This document shows positions 49,754 through 59,598 of a stretch of 64,000 nt of DNA, piece after piece. Under the pieces are notes generated by a model that ran no database searches, was not told the origin of the DNA, and saw only the letters and a list, made by a program, of their open reading frames with translations. The translations under genes were made by a program, and so were the position numbers. Source of the stretch: Gemmatimonadota bacterium (GTDB lineage Bacteria; Latescibacterota; UBA2968; GCA-2709665); the NCBI GenBank assembly GCA_028874335.1, contig JAPPJY010000013.1, positions 6,526 to 70,525 of the forward strand, in the 5' to 3' direction. Position 1 is the stretch's first letter, and every line of letters starts with the position of its first letter.

Positions 49754-49786
49754 GATTCGGCCGACTCAGGACGCCGGTACCGCGAA

Positions 49787-51304
49787 ATGGCGGCACAACC
49801 GGCCAACTGCCTGGTGAAACTCGTGAACACACCCGATTTGGAGACGACAAAAACGTTGGCCAGGGACCGGGGAATCGTTCCGATCTCCCGCGAAATCCTG
49901 GGGGATACGGAAACCCCGGTTTCCGCCTATTTGAAGCTGCGGCCCGGGAGTCCCTACAGCTTTCTCTTCGAAAGCGTGGAAGGAGGCGAGAAGATCGGCC
50001 GTTATTCCTTCCTGGGCGTGGAGCCGTTCCTTGCCTTTCGGTCGTGGAAATCCCGGATTGAGATAGAGGATCTGAAGCGGGGCGGCGTGAGGGCGTTCGA
50101 GGGATCGCCCATCGCCGAGCTCAGGCGTCTGCTGGGGAAATACCGTTCGGCGCAGCTGGAGGGGCTGCCCCGGTTTACCGGCGGAGCCGTGGGTTACGTG
50201 TCCTACGATGCAATCCGGCTGGTTGAGAACATCCCGGACCGGACGCGCGACGACCACGGTCTGCCCGACGTCGTATTACTCTTCTACGATACGCTACTTG
50301 GCTTCGACAACGTCAGGCAGAAGATCCATCTGATATCCAACGTGCATACCGATGGAGATATCGAGCGGAATTACCGGGAGGCGAAAGCGCGAATCGATGC
50401 GCTGGAAACGGCATTGCGGGGGCCGATTCCCGCCAATGGCGTCCCGGCGGAAACGTCCCGCAGCCGCGCGAGCGAAATCCGGTCGAACACGGAACGGTCG
50501 GTTTTTCTGGACAAGGTGCGCCGCTGCAAGGAATACATCGTCGCGGGCGATATTTTCCAGGTTGTACTCTCGCAGCGCTTCGAGACCGAGATTACCGTGG
50601 GATCTCTGGACATATACCGTGCGCTGCGCACGGTGAATCCGTCGCCGTACATGTTTCATCTGGACCTCAGGGACGTGCAACTCGTAGGCGCGTCGCCGGA
50701 ACTGCTGGTGCGTGTCGAAAACGGCGTCGTGCAGGTGCGTCCCATTGCGGGCACACGCTGGAGAGGGGCTACGGAAGAAGAGGATTCCACCCTCGCGGCG
50801 GACCTGCTGGCGGACGAAAAGGAACGTGCGGAGCATATAATGCTGCTGGACCTGGGTCGGAACGACGTCGGTCGGGTATCCAGATACGATACCGTACGTG
50901 TGACCGAACAGATGGCAATTGAGCGTTATTCTCACGTGATGCATATCGTCTCGAACGTTCGGGGTCGCCTCAGGGACGGCGTGGATGCACTGGATGCGCT
51001 GTATGCCTGTTATCCGGCAGGTACGGTTTCCGGCGCGCCCAAGATCCGGGCGATGGAAATTATCGACGAACTGGAGCCGACCCGCCGCGGGCCTTATTCG
51101 GGGGCCGTGGGTTATATAGATTTTTCGGGCAATATGGATACGTGCATCGCCATACGTACGATGGTGCTGCAGGGACGGAGAGCGTACGTCCAGGCCGGCG
51201 GTGGGATTGTGTTCGATTCCGTACCGGAAAACGAACACCTGGAAACGGTAAATAAAGCGAAGGCGCTGTTCAGGGCGGTGGAACTGGCGGAGGGTGCGGT
51301 TTAG
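49787..51304 (+). CDS. trpE: Anthranilate synthase component I
   Basis: 505 aa from Met 49787. LGDTETPVSAY, ...GAVGY.SYD, AGTVSGAPK, GPYSGAVGY, conserved chorismate-binding domain. Confidence 0.95.
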   Translation: MAAQPANCLVKLVNTPDLETTKTLARDRGIVPISREILGDTETPVSAYLKLRPGSPYSFLFESVEGGEKIGRYSFLGVEPFLAFRSWKSRIEIEDLKRGGVRAFEGSPIAELRRLLGKYRSAQLEGLPRFTGGAVGYVSYDAIRLVENIPDRTRDDHGLPDVVLLFYDTLLGFDNVRQKIHLISNVHTDGDIERNYREAKARIDALETALRGPIPANGVPAETSRSRASEIRSNTERSVFLDKVRRCKEYIVAGDIFQVVLSQRFETEITVGSLDIYRALRTVNPSPYMFHLDLRDVQLVGASPELLVRVENGVVQVRPIAGTRWRGATEEEDSTLAADLLADEKERAEHIMLLDLGRNDVGRVSRYDTVRVTEQMAIERYSHVMHIVSNVRGRLRDGVDALDALYACYPAGTVSGAPKIRAMEIIDELEPTRRGPYSGAVGYIDFSGNMDTCIAIRTMVLQGRRAYVQAGGGIVFDSVPENEHLETVNKAKALFRAVELAEGAV

Positions 51305-51352
51305 CGCCAGCATTGTACGTTGCCACTCTTAACTACAATGTCGGGTTGACTC

Positions 51353-51916
51353 ATGATCCTGGTAATCGACAATTACGATTCGTTCACGTACAATCTGGTC
51401 CAGTATCTGGGCGAGTTGGGCGCACGGATGGATGTGTTCCGGAATGATCAGATCGAACTTGACCGGATCGACGCAACTCAGCCGGAGAAGGTGGTGATTT
51501 CGCCCGGTCCCTGCACACCGAACGAGGCGGGTGTCTCCGTGGATCTTATCCGGCGATTCAGCGGGCGGATTCCAATGCTGGGAGTCTGTCTCGGGCACCA
51601 GTGCATCGGACAGGCCTTTGGCGGCAAGGTTGTGAGGGCGCCGGCAATTCTTCACGGGAAGGTGTCCGAGATTCATCACGACGGACGTACGATTTTCCGG
51701 GATATGTCCCATCCCTTCATCGCAACGCGATACCATTCGCTGATGGTCGAAAGGGGGAGCCTTCCGGACTGCCTCGAAGTGTCCGCGCAGACAGACGATG
51801 GTATAATCATGGGTCTGCGGCACAGGAAATACCCGGTTGAAGGCGTTCAGTTTCATCCCGAGTCCATATTGACGGCCGAGGGTAAAGTGTTGTTGAGGAA
51901 TTTTCTGGAAGGCTGA
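51353..51916 (+). CDS. trpG: Anthranilate synthase component II (glutamine amidotransferase)
   Basis: [30 protein letters not shown] triad motifs. Confidence 0.95.
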   Translation: MILVIDNYDSFTYNLVQYLGELGARMDVFRNDQIELDRIDATQPEKVVISPGPCTPNEAGVSVDLIRRFSGRIPMLGVCLGHQCIGQAFGGKVVRAPAILHGKVSEIHHDGRTIFRDMSHPFIATRYHSLMVERGSLPDCLEVSAQTDDGIIMGLRHRKYPVEGVQFHPESILTAEGKVLLRNFLEG

Positions 51917-51971
51917 AATCCAGGGATTGAAAACCCGTCCCATTCTCAGCTTGCATGATGGGGAGACGGCT

Positions 51972-52985
51972 ATGTCGATACAGGATGCGATCGCGAAACT
52001 GATTGAGGGTGAGAACCTGACGCGCGACCGGATGATCGGGGCGATGAACCAGATCATGTCGGGTGGGGCCACGGACGCGCAGATCGGCGCCTTCCTTGTG
52101 GCGCTCCGGGTCAAGGGCGAGACAGTGGAGGAGATCGCCGGCGCCGCCGACGTGATGAGGGAAAAGGCCACGCGTGTCGGCACGCGGCACGCGACGGTGG
52201 TCGATACGTGCGGTACCGGTGGCGACGGTTCGGGAACGTTCAATATCTCCACGGCGGCGGCGTTTGTCGTGGCCGGCGCCGGATTGTGTGTAGCAAAACA
52301 CGGAAACCGCGCCGCGTCCAGCCTCTGTGGAAGCGCCGACGTTCTGAAGGCACTGGGGGTGAACATCGAAGCGTCGCCGGAAACGATGGGGCGGTGTCTG
52401 GACGAGGCAGGCATCGGGTTTCTGTTTGCTCCGGCTCTGCACGGCGCCATGAAGTATGCGATCGGACCCAGACGCGAGCTTGGTGCGCGCACGGTTTTCA
52501 ACGCCCTGGGGCCGCTGACCAATCCGGCAGGCGCCGCCCGGCACCTGATCGGGGTATACAGCCGGTCTCTGACCCACACGCTCGCGGAGGTATTGCGGAC
52601 ATTGAAATCGGAACGCGCGTTTGTGGTACACGGGCTGGACGGACTTGATGAGATCACCACGACCGGACCAACGCAGGTGAGCGAGCTGAACGACGGGACG
52701 GTTTCCACGTACGAAATCACGCCCGAGGAGCTGGGCATCTCGAGGGCGTCGCCAGGCGACCTGGCGGGAGGAAGCGCCGAGACCAATGCGGCGATCCTGC
52801 GCAGGGTGCTGCACGGCGAGCCTGGTCCGCGGCTTGACATCGTTCTGCTGAACGCGGCGGCCGCGATTGTCGCGGGCGGCGCGGCGGATGATCTGCCGGC
52901 GGCTATGGAACTGGCCAGAGACGCCGTGGATTCCGGGCGAGCAATGGATAAACTGGAAGAACTCAAACTGGTTTCGAACGGATAA
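51972..52985 (+). CDS. trpD: Anthranilate phosphoribosyltransferase
   Basis: ATG 51972 follows GGGGAG. VDTCGTGGDG, NISTAAAFV, GPLTNPA motifs. Confidence 0.95.
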   Translation: MSIQDAIAKLIEGENLTRDRMIGAMNQIMSGGATDAQIGAFLVALRVKGETVEEIAGAADVMREKATRVGTRHATVVDTCGTGGDGSGTFNISTAAAFVVAGAGLCVAKHGNRAASSLCGSADVLKALGVNIEASPETMGRCLDEAGIGFLFAPALHGAMKYAIGPRRELGARTVFNALGPLTNPAGAARHLIGVYSRSLTHTLAEVLRTLKSERAFVVHGLDGLDEITTTGPTQVSELNDGTVSTYEITPEELGISRASPGDLAGGSAETNAAILRRVLHGEPGPRLDIVLLNAAAAIVAGGAADDLPAAMELARDAVDSGRAMDKLEELKLVSNG

Positions 52986-52986
52986 A

Positions 52987-53778
52987 ATGGCTACCATCCT
53001 GGATGAGATCATCGCATACAAGCGGCGCGTTGTGGCCGAGGCAAAACAACGGGTCTCGCCCGGGGTTTTGTGGGAAAGGGCGGGCCAGACGCGGGCGCCG
53101 GGCTCCCTGACGAAAAGCCTGACCGCCGGAGAGGATATCGCGCTCATTGCGGAAATAAAAAAGGCATCTCCATCGAAAGGGGTAATCAGGGAAGATTTCG
53201 ATCCGGTTGCAATCGGCCGGGCCTACGAGAAGAACGGCGCGGCGGCAATTTCCGTGCTTACGGACGATAAGTATTTCCAGGGCTCCGACGCGAGTCTGAG
53301 CGCCGTAAGCGAAGCCGTACAACTGCCGGTGCTCCGCAAGGATTTTGTGATCGATCCGTATCAGATCCACGAAGCCAGGACAATCGGTGCGGCCGCGGTT
53401 CTGCTGATTGTCTCAGCGCTCTCGAAACGTGAACTTCCGGAGATGCTCACCGTCTGCAGGGAGTCGGACCTGGACGCCCTGGTGGAAGTACACACCAGGG
53501 AGGAAGCGAGCATGGCGCTGGACGCGGGCGCAGACCTTGTCGGGGTGAATAACCGCAACCTGAAGACGTTCGAAACCGATTTGCGAACCACGTTCGAACT
53601 GATTGAACATCTTCAGGGAGGTCCGGTCATTGTAAGCGAGAGCGGGATCGAGACCAGGGACGACGTCGTCCGGTTGAGGGATGCCGGCGTGGATGGGGTG
53701 CTGGTTGGGGAGCATCTGATGCGCCATCCCGACGTCGGCCGGAAGCTTCGAACGCTGCTGGGCAGGGAAGGCGGTTGA
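52987..53778 (+). CDS. trpC: Indole-3-glycerol-phosphate synthase
   Basis: MATILDEIIAYKRRVV, IAEIKKASPSKG, RKDFVIDPYQI, LVEVH, NNRNL motifs. Confidence 0.95.
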   Translation: MATILDEIIAYKRRVVAEAKQRVSPGVLWERAGQTRAPGSLTKSLTAGEDIALIAEIKKASPSKGVIREDFDPVAIGRAYEKNGAAAISVLTDDKYFQGSDASLSAVSEAVQLPVLRKDFVIDPYQIHEARTIGAAAVLLIVSALSKRELPEMLTVCRESDLDALVEVHTREEASMALDAGADLVGVNNRNLKTFETDLRTTFELIEHLQGGPVIVSESGIETRDDVVRLRDAGVDGVLVGEHLMRHPDVGRKLRTLLGREGG

Positions 53779-53786
53779 TCCGACGC

Positions 53787-54419
53787 ATGGTTCGCGTGAA
53801 GATTTGCGGAATTACAAATCCGGAAGATGCGCTCTTTTCTGTCGCACACGGCGTGGACGCGCTCGGTTTCATCTTCTACAAGCCCAGTCCGCGATACGTA
53901 CACCCGGAACGCGTGAGCAATATTGTCTCGGCGTTACCGCCGTTCGTGACGCCCGTAGGGGTTTTCGTGAACAAGGCCAGGGAGGAGATCGTGGAAACCG
54001 TGCGGTCCACCGGGATTCGGGCGGTCCAGTTGCACGGCGACGAGACACCGGCCGACTGTCTGGGTTATCCGACTCCGGTCATCCGGGCATTGCGGGTCGG
54101 CGACGGATTCAACCCTGCTTCCCTGAGCGACTATCCGGTAAACACGTTTCTGCTGGATACGGACAAAAAGGGACGGTACGGCGGCACCGGAGAGACCTTT
54201 GACTGGCGGTTCGCAAGGGCAGCGACCGCACACGGGCGGATCATCCTCTCGGGGGGAATGGATCCTTCGAACGTGGCCGATGCTGTCCGAACGGTGAAAC
54301 CGTACGCCGTAGACTGCGGCAGCGGCGTTGAAGCCGCGCCCGGCCGGAAGGACCACGCCAGAATCCGCGAGTTTTTGAGGGCGCTCCGCTTTGCGAATCG
54401 CCGCCAACAGCATGTCTGA
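53787..54419 (+). CDS. trpF: Phosphoribosylanthranilate isomerase
   Basis: MVRVKICGITN...DALGFIF...QLHGDE. A TTG at 53775 is an alternative start. Confidence 0.92.
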   Translation: MVRVKICGITNPEDALFSVAHGVDALGFIFYKPSPRYVHPERVSNIVSALPPFVTPVGVFVNKAREEIVETVRSTGIRAVQLHGDETPADCLGYPTPVIRALRVGDGFNPASLSDYPVNTFLLDTDKKGRYGGTGETFDWRFARAATAHGRIILSGGMDPSNVADAVRTVKPYAVDCGSGVEAAPGRKDHARIREFLRALRFANRRQQHV

Positions 54420-54442
54420 ACCCACTATCGGAGCCCAATACA

Positions 54443-55705
54443 GTGGACATCTTGAAAGATCTGGATTTTCGGGGGTACCTCTTTCAGGTAACCGATCCCG
54501 ACGGACTCGAAGCGCGGCTGGCCGGCGGGCCCATAACGCTTTATTCAGGGTTCGACCCCACGGCCGACAGTTTGCACGTGGGCAACCTGATACCCATTCT
54601 CGGATTGCGGCGGTTTCAACTGGCCGGGCATCATGCGATCGGGCTTATCGGGGGAGGCACGGGTCTGATAGGCGATCCGAGCGGCAGCAAGGAAGAACGT
54701 CCGTTGAACCCGCCCGAGTTGATCGCGGAATATACGGGAAGACTCGCAGAGCAACTCGCCAGGTTTCTCGATTTTGAGACCGGAGCCAATCCCGCCCGGG
54801 TGGTCAGCAATCTGGGATGGCTCTCCGAACTGAAGGCGATCGACTTCCTGAGGGACACGGGCAAGCACTTCTCCATGGGCTATATGCTGGCGAAAGAGTC
54901 CGTGGCTTCCCGGCTGGAAACCGGAATCTCATTCACCGAGTTCAGCTATATGGTCATTCAGGCCTATGATTTCATGGAGTTGTTTCAGGCGCACGGATGC
55001 GAGCTCCAGATTGGCGGGAGCGATCAATGGGGCAATATTACAGCGGGAATCGAACTGATCCGGCGCCGGCTGGGCGGACAGGCGCACGGCCTGACGTTTC
55101 CACTGCTTGAGAAGGCAGACGGCTCCAAGTTCGGAAAGACGGCATCCGGCACCGTCTGGCTCGACGCTGGAAAAACGACGCCCTACCAGTTTTACCAGCA
55201 TTGGATCAATACGGACGACCGGGACGTCGTGTCGTTTCTGAAGCTGTTTACCTTTCTCTCCGGGAATGAAATCAGGAATCTGGAAACGGAAGTGACAGAA
55301 CATCCCGAAAAGCGAGAGGCGCAGCGGGTGCTGGCCGAGGAAGTCACCACGCTCGTACATGACAGATCCGCCACCGAAAGGGCGCGGCGGATTTCCGACG
55401 CGTTGTTCTACGGGGAACTGAGGGACCTGAGTGCGCGAGAGATCGAGGAAGGGTTCAGCGACGTGCCGTCTCAGGCGCTCAATGGCGTTTCAGGCGTGGG
55501 ACTGATGGATCTGCTGGTCAACGTCGGCATTTCATCTTCCATGCGCCAGGCGCGGGAAGATATCCGGTCCGGCGCGATATACGTCAATGGCCGGCGTTGC
55601 GCCGATACGGGCATGATGCTTGAACCCTCGGACAGAATCGCCGGCAGATACGTGGTCGTGCGCCGGGGCAAACGCCGCTACTTTCTCGTGCGCTGGAATC
55701 TCTGA
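54443..55705 (+). CDS. tyrS: Tyrosine--tRNA ligase
   Basis: GTG start. GFDPTADSLHVGNL (HIGH), KFGKTASG (KMSKS-like), C-terminal S4 domain. Confidence 0.95.
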   Translation: MDILKDLDFRGYLFQVTDPDGLEARLAGGPITLYSGFDPTADSLHVGNLIPILGLRRFQLAGHHAIGLIGGGTGLIGDPSGSKEERPLNPPELIAEYTGRLAEQLARFLDFETGANPARVVSNLGWLSELKAIDFLRDTGKHFSMGYMLAKESVASRLETGISFTEFSYMVIQAYDFMELFQAHGCELQIGGSDQWGNITAGIELIRRRLGGQAHGLTFPLLEKADGSKFGKTASGTVWLDAGKTTPYQFYQHWINTDDRDVVSFLKLFTFLSGNEIRNLETEVTEHPEKREAQRVLAEEVTTLVHDRSATERARRISDALFYGELRDLSAREIEEGFSDVPSQALNGVSGVGLMDLLVNVGISSSMRQAREDIRSGAIYVNGRRCADTGMMLEPSDRIAGRYVVVRRGKRRYFLVRWNL

Positions 55706-55711
55706 CCTGAG

Positions 55712-55793
55712 AAGCTGTCTTTAAATTCCCCGCGGTCTTCGCGCGGCTGCGAAAGCGGCGGTCGGGAACTCACCGGTAATTTTAAAACAGCTT
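55712..55793 (+). mobile_element. MITE-like element, family B, copy 1 (internal-deletion derivative)
   Basis: AAGCTGTCTTTAAATTCCCCGCGG...GGTAATTTTAAAACAGCTT. It contains only the two ends of the 186-nt copy at 59413-59598. Flanked by the perfect 5-bp direct repeat CTGAG (55707-55711 and 55794-55798). Confidence 0.9.
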
Positions 55794-55888
55794 CTGAGGA
55801 CGCGCGGCCGCGGATGCGTATCGAAGAGCGGTGCAGATGATTAACAGCCGAAACCCATCGTGAATGTCATCAGGAGAGGAACCTTTCA

Positions 55889-56866
55889 ATGAAAGCACCC
55901 TGGATCACCTATCGGCCGGAACTCAAGGTATTGGACTGTACGATTCGAGACGGCGGATTGATGAACGACCACCAGTTTTCCAATGATTTCGTAAAGGCCG
56001 TTTATGAGACCTGCGTCGACGCGGGCGTCGACTATATGGAAATCGGGTACCGGAACTCCAAAGAGATGTTTCCGAAAAAGCAATTCGGAGCCTTCCGGCA
56101 CAGCGACGAAGAAGATATCCGCAGGATCACGGGGGACCACGACCCTGAAACCACCGGCCTGAAGCTTGCCATCATGGCCGATGCCGGCAAAAGCGACTGG
56201 GCGGAAGATATCCTGCCGGCCAGCGAAAGCGTGGTCAGCATGGTACGGGTGGCCTGCTACGTCGAGCAGATTCCCGAGACCGTTGAAATGCTCTGCGACG
56301 CCCACGAGAAAGGATATGAAACCAGCTGCAACATCATGGCCATTTCGACCGTGCAGGAAGTGGAGATCGATCAGGCGCTGGAGGTCCTTGTCGAAACGCC
56401 GGTGGGTACAATATGTGTCGTCGACAGCTTCGGCGCATTGTACCGCGAGCAGGTGGATATGCTCATCCGGAAGTATATGGATGCCGTCGAAGGAATGGGA
56501 AAGGAAGTGGGCATTCACGCGCACAACAACCAGCAACTGGCATTCGCCAATACCATCGAAGCGCTTATCCTGGGCGCCAACCGCGTTGATGCCACGGTGG
56601 ACGGACTTGGCCGCGGCGCCGGGAATTGCCCGCTCGAACTGCTGCTCGGCTTCCTTCGCAATCCAAAATTCAAGATTCGACCCGTCTACAAGCTGCTGGA
56701 AGCCCACTTTGTCGGATTGCGCGAGCAATTGACGTGGGGGCCTCTGGTGCCGTACAACATCACGGGACAGCACAACCAGCATCCCCGCTCGGCGATGGCG
56801 CTTCTGGACGGGGACGACCGCGACCGCTATCTGGCGTTCTACGATCAGGTGATGAGGGATATCTAG
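55889..56866 (+). CDS. DRE-TIM metallolyase (HMGL-like/pyruvate carboxyltransferase-domain aldolase), function unknown
   Basis: AGGAGAGGA precedes the ATG at 55889. [10 protein letters not shown]..., [32 protein letters not shown] are HMGL-like metal-binding motifs. Its stop TAG overlaps the trpB GTG (TAGTG). Confidence 0.8.
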   Translation: MKAPWITYRPELKVLDCTIRDGGLMNDHQFSNDFVKAVYETCVDAGVDYMEIGYRNSKEMFPKKQFGAFRHSDEEDIRRITGDHDPETTGLKLAIMADAGKSDWAEDILPASESVVSMVRVACYVEQIPETVEMLCDAHEKGYETSCNIMAISTVQEVEIDQALEVLVETPVGTICVVDSFGALYREQVDMLIRKYMDAVEGMGKEVGIHAHNNQQLAFANTIEALILGANRVDATVDGLGRGAGNCPLELLLGFLRNPKFKIRPVYKLLEAHFVGLREQLTWGPLVPYNITGQHNQHPRSAMALLDGDDRDRYLAFYDQVMRDI

Positions 56867-58071
56867 TGCTCAACAGAGATGAAGCCGCACGGACGTGGCC
56901 CGATGCCAGGGGACACTTCGGACCCTACGGCGGGCGCTATGTGCCGGAGACGTTGATGCCGTTGCTCGAGGACCTGGAATCAGCCTACCGCGACGCGAGT
57001 GACCGTCCGGATTTCCGCGAGGAACTGGACCGTTATCTCAGGGAATTTGTCGGAAGGCCCACGTCACTCTATTTCGCACAGCGACTGACCGAAGAACTGG
57101 GCGGGGCCAGAATCTATCTGAAACGGGAGGACCTCGCCCACACCGGCGCGCACAAGATAAACAACACGATGGGGCAGATTCTGCTTGCCAGGCGCATGGG
57201 AAAAACACGGATCATCGCCGAAACGGGCGCCGGGCAGCACGGTGTGGCGACGGCGACCGTAGCTGCGATGTTCGGACTGAAGTGCGAGATTTACATGGGC
57301 ACCGAGGACATGGACCGGCAGGCGTTGAATGTGTTCCGGATGCGGCTCCTGGGCGCCAAAGTAACCGGCGTGGAATCGGGAAGCAGGACGCTCAAGGATG
57401 CGATCAACGAGGCAATCCGGGACTGGGTGACGAACGTGGACGATACGTTCTATATTTTCGGATCCGTCCTGGGACCTCACCCGTATCCGATGATCGTACG
57501 GGATTTTCAACGGGTGATCGGGGTGGAGACCCGCGCGCAGATCCTGCGGGCCGAAGGCCGGTTGCCGGACTGTCTGATCGCATGTGTCGGCGGCGGCAGC
57601 AATTCGATGGGGCTGTTTCACGCGTTTCTGGACGATGCGGACGTGCGCATGATCGGCGTCGAAGCGGGAGGCCATGGCATTGCCTCCGGCGACCACGCCG
57701 CCCGGTTTCAGGGAGGAGATCTCGGCGTGTTGCACGGGGCGAGGATCTACCTCCTGCAGGACGAGGACGGGCAGATCGCACTGACCCATTCGGTATCGGC
57801 AGGCCTGGACTATTCCGGCGTGGGCCCCGAGCACTGTCTCCTGCGGGATGAGGGCCGGATCGAGTATGCGTATGCAACCGACGACGAAGCCCTGAAGGGG
57901 TTTCAACTGTTGAGTCGCACGGAGGGTATCATTCCAGCACTGGAAAGCGCGCACGCGATCGCGCACGTGTCGAAAGCGGCGCCGGCAATGGACAGGGATG
58001 CTATAATCGTGGCGAATCTCTCAGGCCGCGGCGACAAGGACGTACAGCAGGCGGCGAAGTACCTGGACTGA
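56866..58071 (+). CDS. trpB: Tryptophan synthase beta chain
   Basis: GTG at 56866 in ORF 56626..58071. [24 protein letters not shown] (PLP Lys), [21 protein letters not shown]. Confidence 0.95.
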   Translation: MLNRDEAARTWPDARGHFGPYGGRYVPETLMPLLEDLESAYRDASDRPDFREELDRYLREFVGRPTSLYFAQRLTEELGGARIYLKREDLAHTGAHKINNTMGQILLARRMGKTRIIAETGAGQHGVATATVAAMFGLKCEIYMGTEDMDRQALNVFRMRLLGAKVTGVESGSRTLKDAINEAIRDWVTNVDDTFYIFGSVLGPHPYPMIVRDFQRVIGVETRAQILRAEGRLPDCLIACVGGGSNSMGLFHAFLDDADVRMIGVEAGGHGIASGDHAARFQGGDLGVLHGARIYLLQDEDGQIALTHSVSAGLDYSGVGPEHCLLRDEGRIEYAYATDDEALKGFQLLSRTEGIIPALESAHAIAHVSKAAPAMDRDAIIVANLSGRGDKDVQQAAKYLD

Positions 58072-58272
58072 CCATGATTCGTATGTTTTCGGGTACGTTA
58101 ATTCGTATATGTGCAAGTAGATAAAGGCGATTAAACTGCGGATTACCAGGATAAACCTGGTCACTGGACGTGAACGGAAGAAATGGCCTACCTGACAACC
58201 ATTTCGGCCCGTTTCGGAAAGTTTCGTCGCGGTGCCGCGTTGCGGTTTTTGCGGAATTAAGGCTAACAGCCC
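58072..58272 (-). mobile_element. MITE-like element, family A, copy 3
   Basis: Reverse complement aligns end to end with copies 1 and 2. Flanks are CTGA (58068-58071, containing the trpB TGA stop) and CTAA (58273-58276). Confidence 0.85.
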
Positions 58273-58313
58273 GTTTGGTTTACCGGGCCGGGTCGAATCA
58301 CGGAGTTGTACTG

Positions 58314-59126
58314 ATGACGAGGATCGGGAGACGGTTCGAAGCGTTGAAGAAAGCGGGAACGACCGGGTTCGTCGCCTATATCACGGCCGGAGACCCGGAT
58401 ATGGCAACCACCCGGAAATTCGTACCGGAGCTGGAAAGGCGCGGGGTGGACATACTTGAGCTGGGCGTTCCGTTCTCCGATCCGCTGGCGGACGGACCTG
58501 AGATCCAGGCGGCCTCGCAGCGGGCGCTGAGGCATCGCGTTTCCATCGGCGACGTCATGGACCTGGTGGCGGTTCTGCGGCAGGAGTCCGAGATACCCAT
58601 TGTCCTGTTTACGTATTTCAATCCGATGCACCGCTTCGGTCTCAAACGGCTTGTCGACAGAGCGGCCGAAGCGGGGGTGGACGGCATTCTGGCGCTGGAT
58701 CTTCCACCGGAAGAGGCGGGGGAGTACAAGGGTCTGATGGAGAAACGGGGACTGGATACGATTTTTCTCATCGCGCCCACCAGCCGCGAGGACCGCATTC
58801 GACGAATCGCGTCTCACACCAGCGGATTCGTGTATTACGTGTCCCGCACCGGCGTGACCGGGGAGCGGGACCGCCTGGAGGAAACACTGGGCGAAAGGGT
58901 GGCGGCAATCCGGCGACACACCTCGCAACCGGTAGCTGTCGGATTCGGGATTTCGACGCCCGAACAGTCCGGTGAGGTTGCGGGTTACGCGGATGCGGTT
59001 GTGGTTGGCAGCGCAATCGTGCGACGGATCGCACAGCGGCAGTCCGACCCGGATCTCGTTTCCCACATCGGGGATTTCGTCGAAGAACTGGTGCAACCGC
59101 TGAAGGGAGCATCCGATGGATCTTGA
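58314..59126 (+). CDS. trpA: Tryptophan synthase alpha chain
   Basis: Met 58314. FVAYITAGDPD, LELGVPFSDPLADGP, GFVYYVS..GVTG, GFGIS. Confidence 0.95.
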   Translation: MTRIGRRFEALKKAGTTGFVAYITAGDPDMATTRKFVPELERRGVDILELGVPFSDPLADGPEIQAASQRALRHRVSIGDVMDLVAVLRQESEIPIVLFTYFNPMHRFGLKRLVDRAAEAGVDGILALDLPPEEAGEYKGLMEKRGLDTIFLIAPTSREDRIRRIASHTSGFVYYVSRTGVTGERDRLEETLGERVAAIRRHTSQPVAVGFGISTPEQSGEVAGYADAVVVGSAIVRRIAQRQSDPDLVSHIGDFVEELVQPLKGASDGS

Positions 59127-59385
59127 AGACTGGCGCAGGGAAATCGACATCCTGGACCAGAAGCTGCTGGAGCTTCTGAATCGACGAGCCGAATGCGCCA
59201 TGGAAATCGGCAGGATCAAGCAGGCTATCGAACAACCGATCTTCGTGCCGGAACGTGAGAAGTCGATCCTGAACCGGATACTTGAACTGAACGAGGGGCC
59301 CACGGACGACGAGGCGGTGCGACGGATCTTTCAGCAGATCATCGATGAGTCCAGGCGCCTCATGCAGAAGAATCAGGAAAGCTAA
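59116..59385 (+). CDS. AroQ-class chorismate mutase
   Basis: AAGGGAG precedes the ATG at 59116. LEDWRREIDILDQKLLELLNRRAECAMEIGRIK......P.RE..IL is the CM type 2 helix pattern. 11-nt overlap with trpA. Confidence 0.85.
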   Translation: MDLEDWRREIDILDQKLLELLNRRAECAMEIGRIKQAIEQPIFVPEREKSILNRILELNEGPTDDEAVRRIFQQIIDESRRLMQKNQES

Positions 59386-59412
59386 TCAGGGGCGAACCTT
59401 TCTAAACCTTAG

Positions 59413-59598
59413 AAGCTGTCTTAAAATTCCCAGCGGTCTTCGCACGGCTGCAAAAGCGCCGGTCGGCGTTGGGCAAATCCACCCAAGAGTGGCGAGGGGC
59501 GCGCAGCCACGATACATTGAATATGGGCGGATTCTCCCGCCTTGACCGCCGCTTTTTCGCTCGTGCTCGGGAACTCACCGGTAATATTAAAACAGCTT
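59413..59598 (+). mobile_element. MITE-like element, family B, copy 2 (full length)
   Basis: TIR AAGCTGTCTTAAAATTCC...GGTAATATTAAAACAGCTT. Flanked by the perfect 5-bp direct repeat CTTAG (59408-59412 and 59599-59603). Confidence 0.9.

Noticed and set aside
51329-53147. 545-aa and 446-aa minus-strand ORFs
   Set aside because: They are antisense to trpG, trpD and trpC. They are low-complexity Ser/Ala/Arg/Pro frames with no motifs.
54420-54442. T-box leader upstream of tyrS
   Set aside because: Only 23 nt separate trpF and tyrS, which leaves no room for a T-box.
58232-58459. Small ORFs beginning MPRCGFCGI(K/E)AN (also 48133..48456 on the minus strand)
   Set aside because: The shared peptide is simply the translation of MITE family A in two copies. 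The ORFs run out of the element into unrelated sequence.
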